DNA from: a virus
Lineage: Duplodnaviria > Heunggongvirae > Uroviricota > Caudoviricetes
Length of the DNA stretch: 7,211 nucleotides
Strand: one strand, 5' to 3'
IMG/VR virus record: IMGVR_UViG_648276652_000008
Coordinates: 1-7,211 of that record
Shown here: piece by piece, positions 1-7,211 of the stretch
Layout: every line of letters starts with the position of its first letter
How positions within the stretch are numbered: position 1 is the first letter of the stretch
Notes under the pieces: model-generated
The model's input: only the letters and a program-made list of their open reading frames with translations
What the model was told of the DNA's origin: nothing
The model's database searches: none
Made by a program: the position numbers and the translations under genes

Positions 1-159
1 CCGAAAGCGCACGAACATACTACAAACTGTTGATTTTGGTACACCCAGGCGACGCCCGGCCACAACCCGGGGTAAATGTTCTTCAAAGTGAAGACGTAAA
101 GCTTCAGTGATCCAGGTCCGGTGTTTCATACGATAGTGTCCATTAAAAATGATGGACAT
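1..159 (-). CDS. Partial ORF of unknown function (N-terminal 53 aa, runs off window start); translation MSIIFNGHYRMKHRTWITEALRLHFEEHLPRVVAGRRLGVPKSTVCSMFVRFR has a helix-turn-helix-like segment; possibly a transposase or regulator N-terminus
   Basis: Hand translation of the minus strand. First in-frame ATG after the D stop is at 159, with a second ATG at 129. No stop before the window edge. No clear Shine-Dalgarno. Below the length cutoff of the ORF track. Family not recognised. Confidence 0.3.
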   Translation of the reverse strand, partial: MSIIFNGHYRMKHRTWITEALRLHFEEHLPRVVAGRRLGVPKSTVCSMFVRFR

Positions 160-195
160 TATTTTTGTAGAGCCGGAGGAAACAGACCAGACGGT

Positions 196-486
196 TTAAA
201 TGAGCCGGTTACCAGCCTCCGGCCAGAGCACATCCTCATAACGGAACGTGCCGGACTTGTAGAACGTCAGTGTGGTGCTGGTCTGGTCAGCAGCAACTGC
301 AAGAATGCCAACGGCAGCACCGTCGGTGGTGCCATCCCACGCAACCAGCTTACGGGTGGAGGTGTCCAGCATCAGCGGGGTCATTGCAGGCGCTTTCGCA
401 CTCAACCCGCCGGGCGCGGTTGCGGTATGAGCCGGGTCACTGTTGCCCAGCGGCTGGTAATGGGTAAAGGTTTCTTTGCTCGTCAT
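196..486 (-). CDS. D: Head decoration protein D, lambda-like but 3'-truncated/fused (96 aa vs 110 aa in lambda); probably a pseudogene remnant
   Basis: Translation [40 protein letters not shown]...[11 protein letters not shown] matches lambda gpD almost residue for residue, then ends GNRLI* instead of lambda's ANDETKKRTAFAGTAISIV. ATG at 486 is preceded by AAGGGA. The ORF-track start at 492 (MFM...) is 2 codons upstream of the lambda-equivalent start. Confidence 0.85.
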   Translation of the reverse strand: MTSKETFTHYQPLGNSDPAHTATAPGGLSAKAPAMTPLMLDTSTRKLVAWDGTTDGAAVGILAVAADQTSTTLTFYKSGTFRYEDVLWPEAGNRLI

Positions 487-495
487 AAACATCCC

Positions 496-1101
496 TTACA
501 CTGGTGTGTTCAGCAAATCGTTAACGGCATCAGATGCCGGGTTACCTGCAGCCAGCGGTGCCGGTGCCCCCTGCATCAGACGATCCAGCGCAGTGTCACT
601 GCGCGCCTGTGCACTCTGTGGTGCTGCGGCCAGAATACGGCGGGCCGTTTCCACGGTCATACCGGGGGTTTCGGCCAGCACGCATGCCTGTTCTTCGCGT
701 CCGTGAGCCTCCTCACAGTTGAGGATCCCCATAATGCGACTGTTTTCTGCCGCAACCGCTGCGGTGATCTGCGCGTTCACGTCCGGCTGCGCAGCGCTGG
801 CGTTCTCGCCCTCCGTCGCTTGCACCACGCCAGTAACGTCAGCCTGCGAAGCAGTGGCTGAAACAGTTGTTGATTGAGTCTCTTTGGTCATTCGCCCTCC
901 TGAGAGACGGGATTTACGTGCATCCAGTGCATCACGCATGACGGTGATCGCATCGGTACTGTTCACAAGTTCATCAGCCAGTCCGGCATCAATGGCCTCC
1001 TGACCGCTGTACACTGCAGCCTCGGTATCCAGCACAGCCTGCACGGACAGGCCGGTATATGCCGACACCTTCTGTGCAAACATCCGGCGGGTTGCATCCA
1101 T
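496..1101 (-). CDS. nu3: Scaffolding protein Nu3, nested in-frame in the 3' part of C (201 aa)
   Basis: In-frame ATG at 1101 (MDATRRMFAQKVSAYTG...) lies exactly 714 nt downstream of the C start, as in lambda where Nu3 shares the C reading frame. No strong Shine-Dalgarno seen, so the call rests on lambda precedent. Confidence 0.7.
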   Translation of the reverse strand: MDATRRMFAQKVSAYTGLSVQAVLDTEAAVYSGQEAIDAGLADELVNSTDAITVMRDALDARKSRLSGGRMTKETQSTTVSATASQADVTGVVQATEGENASAAQPDVNAQITAAVAAENSRIMGILNCEEAHGREEQACVLAETPGMTVETARRILAAAPQSAQARSDTALDRLMQGAPAPLAAGNPASDAVNDLLNTPV

Positions 1102-1795
1102 CCGGGACTGCAGTGTTTCCCGGACATCATCCGGTAGATGGCTGTAGGGGTTGCCATCCACCTTATGGCTGCCGCTGTAAATCAGCGTGATTTCCACGCC
1201 CTGTTTCTCCAGCGCAGCACCGTAATTACTGTGAGCCATCATGACGCCGATGGAGCCTGTCCGGGCGGTCTGCGTGACCAGACGCCGGGAGGCGGCGCTG
1301 GCAAGCAGCTGACCTGCACTGCAGTTCATGTCGTTGGCCAGCGCCCATACCGGTTTTATGTCTCGCACACGGGCGATGATGTCAGCACAGTCAAATGCTC
1401 CCGCCACCATCCCGCCCGGTGTGTCCATATCCAGCAGAATGCCGTCCACCATCGGATCGCTGGCAGCCTGTTGCAGACGGGCGATAATGCCGTTGTAACC
1501 GGTCATCCCCGAATACGGCTGCAGCGCCCGCGTCCGGCTGACCAGCGTGCCGGACACCGGCAGCACGGCGATGCCGTTCATGACCTGATAACTGCGGGCC
1601 TGTCGTGGTCCGTCATCATCAACGGATAACGCCAGCGCCGCGGGTGCCTCTCCGGCAGTCAGGCTGTCGCCGGACACCGCATCCGTCAGGCGGCTGATCC
1701 CAAGCTGGCCTGCAAGCGCACAAAAGAAAACCCGCGCATAGGCGGGTTCAAGCATCAGCGGCTCATTAAAGGCCATACTGGCAATATGCGGGAGA

Positions 1796-1815
<20 letters not shown>
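496..1815 (-). CDS. C: Minor capsid protein C (prohead protease, S49/ClpP-like peptidase family), 439 aa
   Basis: Translation from VTAELRNLPHIASMAFNEPLMLEPAYARVFF... is near-identical to lambda gpC as recalled. GTG start at 1815 preceded by GGAGGAG. The 20-nt overlap with the B 3' end matches lambda geometry. The 484-aa ORF-track version (start 1950) is an upstream read-through extension inside B. Confidence 0.9.
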
Positions 1816-5493
<3,678 letters not shown>

Positions 5494-5522
<29 letters not shown>

Positions 5523-6000
5523 CCGCAAATTCCTTCATTTTTTCAGCGGACTCAACGCATTTATTAGCCCCCTTCGCAACCAGCTCTTTTAGATAAGCCA
5601 ATTGTCTGCCTGTCAATTCAGGGAATTTTCTTTGCATCGAAAGCGGAATACTGTCCAAAACAGATGCCAGTTCTCCGGATAACCGAGACAGGGCAAAAAT
5701 AGAGAAAGCTGTATCAATCACCTTATGCTCTGCAACCTGGTTTTTTAACCGCTGAGCAATAGCCTGTTCTTCCGTCAGGTTAACCCTGGCCTGAAGTAGC
5801 CTTTCCTCAAGATCATTTTCACCACCTGAAGATTTCTGGTTTTGTTGACGTCGCTCGCGATCTATCTCCAGTACAGTTTTAACGTCATAGAAAACCTCTC
5901 TCCCCCGGCGCTCAACAGGAGGAACACCCCATTTATCAAATGCCTGTACTGAGATACCGATGGAGGAGGCCATGTCGCTTTTATTCAATAAAAAGGCCAC
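5494..6000 (-). CDS. Terminase small subunit, Nu1-like but divergent from lambda Nu1 (phage 21 / NohA-NohD type suspected); about 168 aa
   Basis: C-terminal half ...KVIDTAFSIFALSRLSGELASVLDSIPLSMQRKFPELTGRQ... aligns with lambda Nu1 ...ETAFCTFVLSRIAGEIASILDGLPLSVQRRFPELENRH.... N-terminal LNKSDMASSIGISVQAFDKWGVPPV aligns with the Nu1 winged-HTH VNKKQLADIFGASIRTIQNWQEQGMPV. The 3' end overlaps the A start by 29 nt (26 nt in lambda). Start is uncertain: in-frame GTG at 6000 follows GGAGG and is preferred over the ORF-track TTG at 6024 or the ATG at 5973. Confidence 0.8.
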
Positions 6001-6033
6001 AGCCCCTCCATAAACCACCGGCAAAAAAGCAAT

Positions 6034-6042
6034 ACAACAACC
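6034..6042. promoter_or_regulatory. cosB candidate small-terminase binding element (ACAACAACC), R1-position equivalent
   Basis: 9-bp motif ACAACAACC, about 35 bp upstream of the Nu1-like start; one of three copies spaced like lambda R1/R2/R3. Confidence 0.45.
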
Positions 6043-6099
6043 ACGTTTTTTGTAAAACCCTCTGATTTTACATGCTTTTTCGTATAAGAAAGATCATCA

Positions 6100-6108
6100 G
6101 GTTGTTGT
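6100..6108. promoter_or_regulatory. cosB candidate small-terminase binding element, inverted copy (GGTTGTTGT), R2-position equivalent
   Basis: Exact reverse complement of the 9-bp motif at 6034..6042 and 6159..6167, located between them. Confidence 0.45.
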
Positions 6109-6158
6109 GTTTATTTTTCTTTCTTATTACTTATCAAGTAGATATATCAAACGATAAA

Positions 6159-6167
6159 ACAACAACC
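6159..6167. promoter_or_regulatory. cosB candidate small-terminase binding element (ACAACAACC), R3-position equivalent
   Basis: Second direct copy of ACAACAACC, 39-47 bp from the cohesive-end sequence. An AT-rich stretch with ATCAA cores (about 6110..6155) lies between this copy and the inverted copy, where lambda has the IHF site I1. Confidence 0.45.
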
Positions 6168-6205
6168 ATCACCTCAAAAAAACTCGTAAATAGCGAAAAC
6201 CCGCG

Positions 6206-6217
6206 AGGTCGCCGCCC
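6206..6217 (-). other. cos: cosN cohesive-end sequence (12-nt GGGCGGCGACCT on the minus strand), the lambda-type cos site
   Basis: Plus strand AGGTCGCCGCCC is the reverse complement of the lambda 12-nt cohesive end. Flanking bases (minus strand GGGCGGCGACCTCGCGGGTTTTCGCTATTTA) match the lambda left terminus for about 31 nt before diverging. Confidence 0.85.
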
Positions 6218-6249
6218 CGTAGCCTGCCGGATCACCGGAAAGGACCCGC
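6218..6249 (-). other. Conserved lambda right-terminus segment adjoining cosN (expected to contain cosQ)
   Basis: Minus strand GCGGGTCCTTTCCGGTGATCCGGCAGGCTACG matches the last ~32 nt of the lambda right end as recalled (GCGGGTCCTTTCCGGTGATCCGACAGGTTACG) with 2 mismatches; similarity is lost beyond about 6250. Confidence 0.5.
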
Positions 6250-6391
6250 AAAACCGAGAATAAGTATCAATACTATTTGTGATTTGAATGATGCACATCA
6301 TTGAAACGCCATTCATCCATATACCAGCAGCATTCGGTGTTGCACTTCGTAACTCTGTGACTACGGTTATAAAAGCATTGGCAACTTTTGC

Positions 6392-6438
6392 CACCGGCAA
6401 GTCTTCAATGGATTTCCCCTGCCGGTTTTTTATTTTCG
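6392..6438 (+). terminator. Weak hairpin plus T-tract (possible intrinsic terminator on plus strand)
   Basis: ACCGGCA / TGCCGGT 7-bp stem with a ~20-nt loop, followed by TTTTTTATTTT. Stem is short and loop long, so this is weak. Confidence 0.2.
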
Positions 6439-6524
6439 TCGATGCATAACATTGCATTTACATCAATAGCAGCTATTGTCATTAGTATGTTGCATCGATG
6501 CATGGGTGGTATTGGCGGTCTTCG

Positions 6525-6560
6525 CCGACCGGTTCTGTGTAGCTCCCTATGACCGGTTTT
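6525..6560 (+). terminator. Weak hairpin plus T-tract (possible intrinsic terminator on plus strand)
   Basis: Self-complementary ACCGGT copies around 6528..6533 and 6550..6555 can pair across an ~18-nt loop, followed by TTTTTTATTT. Confidence 0.2.
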
Positions 6561-6562
6561 TT

Positions 6563-6599
6563 ATTTCTAAGATTACAGAAGCCCTTCACTGTATGAAGG
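6563..6599. repeat. Perfect 16-bp inverted repeat with 5-bp spacer (TTACAGAAGCCCTTCA ctgta TGAAGGGCTTCTGTAA)
   Basis: Read directly: arms 6563..6578 and 6584..6599 are exact reverse complements. No clean U-tract follows on either strand (plus: AACTCTTCTTACTT; minus: AATCTTAGAAATAAAAAACC). Confidence 0.6.
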
Positions 6600-6777
6600 G
6601 CTTCTGTAACTCTTCTTACTTAGTAATTTTCGCACCTTCCGGTATTTCCATGAGTTGAGAAATCCTCATACTATCCGACAATAATCATCAATATACGATA
6701 AAGACATCTGACCAGATTGCAGTATTAAAAGCACTCATGCAGACTACGCCCCTCATATCATATACAAGGGGATACTG

Positions 6778-7188
6778 ATGGCTCAGGTTGCCATTTTTAA
6801 AGAAATATTTGATCAAGTGCGGAAAGATTTAAACTGTGACCGGTTTTACTCTGAACTAAAACGCCACAATGTCTCACATTACATTTACTATTTAGCCACA
6901 GGTAATATTCACATTGTATTTGAGAGCGATAACACGGTGTTAATAAAAGGTTTCCATGATGTTATTCATGTTAGCTTTTGCAGAGACACGCGACTTATAG
7001 AAACTTACCTTCATAAGTTGAAATCAAGAGAAATCACATTTCATGAATACAGGGTAAATCTGGCTAAAGCTGGAGTTTTCCGATGGGTTACAAATATCCA
7101 CGAACACAAAAGATATTACTATACCTTTGACAACTCATTATTGTTTACCGAAAGCATCCAGAACACGACTCAAATTTTTCCACGCTAA
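6778..7188 (+). CDS. ybcV: DUF1398 family protein (YbcV/YdfO-like prophage accessory protein), 136 aa
   Basis: ATG at 6778 preceded by AAGGGGA at the right spacing; clean ORF with stop at 7186..7188. Translation [47 protein letters not shown]...[24 protein letters not shown] matches my recollection of E. coli DLP12 YbcV / Qin YdfO. Symbol is from memory, not a search. Confidence 0.75.
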   Translation: MAQVAIFKEIFDQVRKDLNCDRFYSELKRHNVSHYIYYLATGNIHIVFESDNTVLIKGFHDVIHVSFCRDTRLIETYLHKLKSREITFHEYRVNLAKAGVFRWVTNIHEHKRYYYTFDNSLLFTESIQNTTQIFPR

Positions 7189-7211
7189 ACCATAACGTCC
7201 GGTTTGATCCG

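Noticed and set aside
121-861. 246-aa plus-strand ORF
   Set aside because: Lies antisense across D and the 3' end of C, which are confidently lambda-like on the minus strand. Looks like a typical antisense shadow ORF with no recognisable protein features.
1138-1629. 163-aa plus-strand ORF inside C
   Set aside because: Antisense to the well-supported C/Nu3 coding region; no ribosome-binding site noted; composition artefact.
5523-5528. TTG start giving a 643-aa A protein
   Set aside because: The ATG at 5522 restores the lambda gpA length of 641 aa and a gapless N-terminal alignment; the TTG is a start chosen by the ORF finder.
6288-6449. 53-aa plus-strand ORF (MMHIIETPFIHIPAAFGVALRNSVTTVIKALATFATGKSSMDFPCRFFIFVDA) found by hand
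   Set aside because: No Shine-Dalgarno, reads through the hairpin and T-tract, and has no recognisable family. Kept only as a remote possibility for a small protein.
6134-6457. 107-aa minus-strand ORF (and the 63-aa plus-strand ORF 6072..6263)
   Set aside because: Both run straight through the cos cleavage site and the cosB motifs; a gene here would be split in the packaged linear genome. Translations are low-complexity with no ribosome-binding site.
6476-6658. 60-aa plus-strand ORF
   Set aside because: No ribosome-binding site; crosses the palindrome and T-tracts; translation looks random.

Overview
This window is the DNA-packaging and head-morphogenesis module of a lambda-like phage or prophage, lying in reverse orientation (the window minus strand corresponds to the lambda plus strand). 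I did not find a convincing novel system: no CRISPR array, no toxin-antitoxin or restriction-type gene pair. All identifications are from reading the translations against lambda sequences recalled from memory; no database search was run. Read on the minus strand from high to low coordinates, the order is: cos site (cohesive-end 12-mer at 6206..6217), a divergent Nu1-like small terminase, then lambda-like A, W, B, C with nested Nu3, and D. The most interesting departures from lambda are mosaic joints. (1) cosB, the small terminase and roughly the first 30 codons of A are replaced by a different specificity cassette. (2) D loses lambda similarity at about position 212/213 and is followed by unrelated sequence encoding a partial helix-turn-helix-like ORF that runs off the window start; no E gene follows. 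(3) On the other side of cos, a DUF1398 (YbcV/YdfO-like) gene is encoded antisense to the late operon, preceded by a divergent non-coding stretch containing a 16-bp perfect palindrome.
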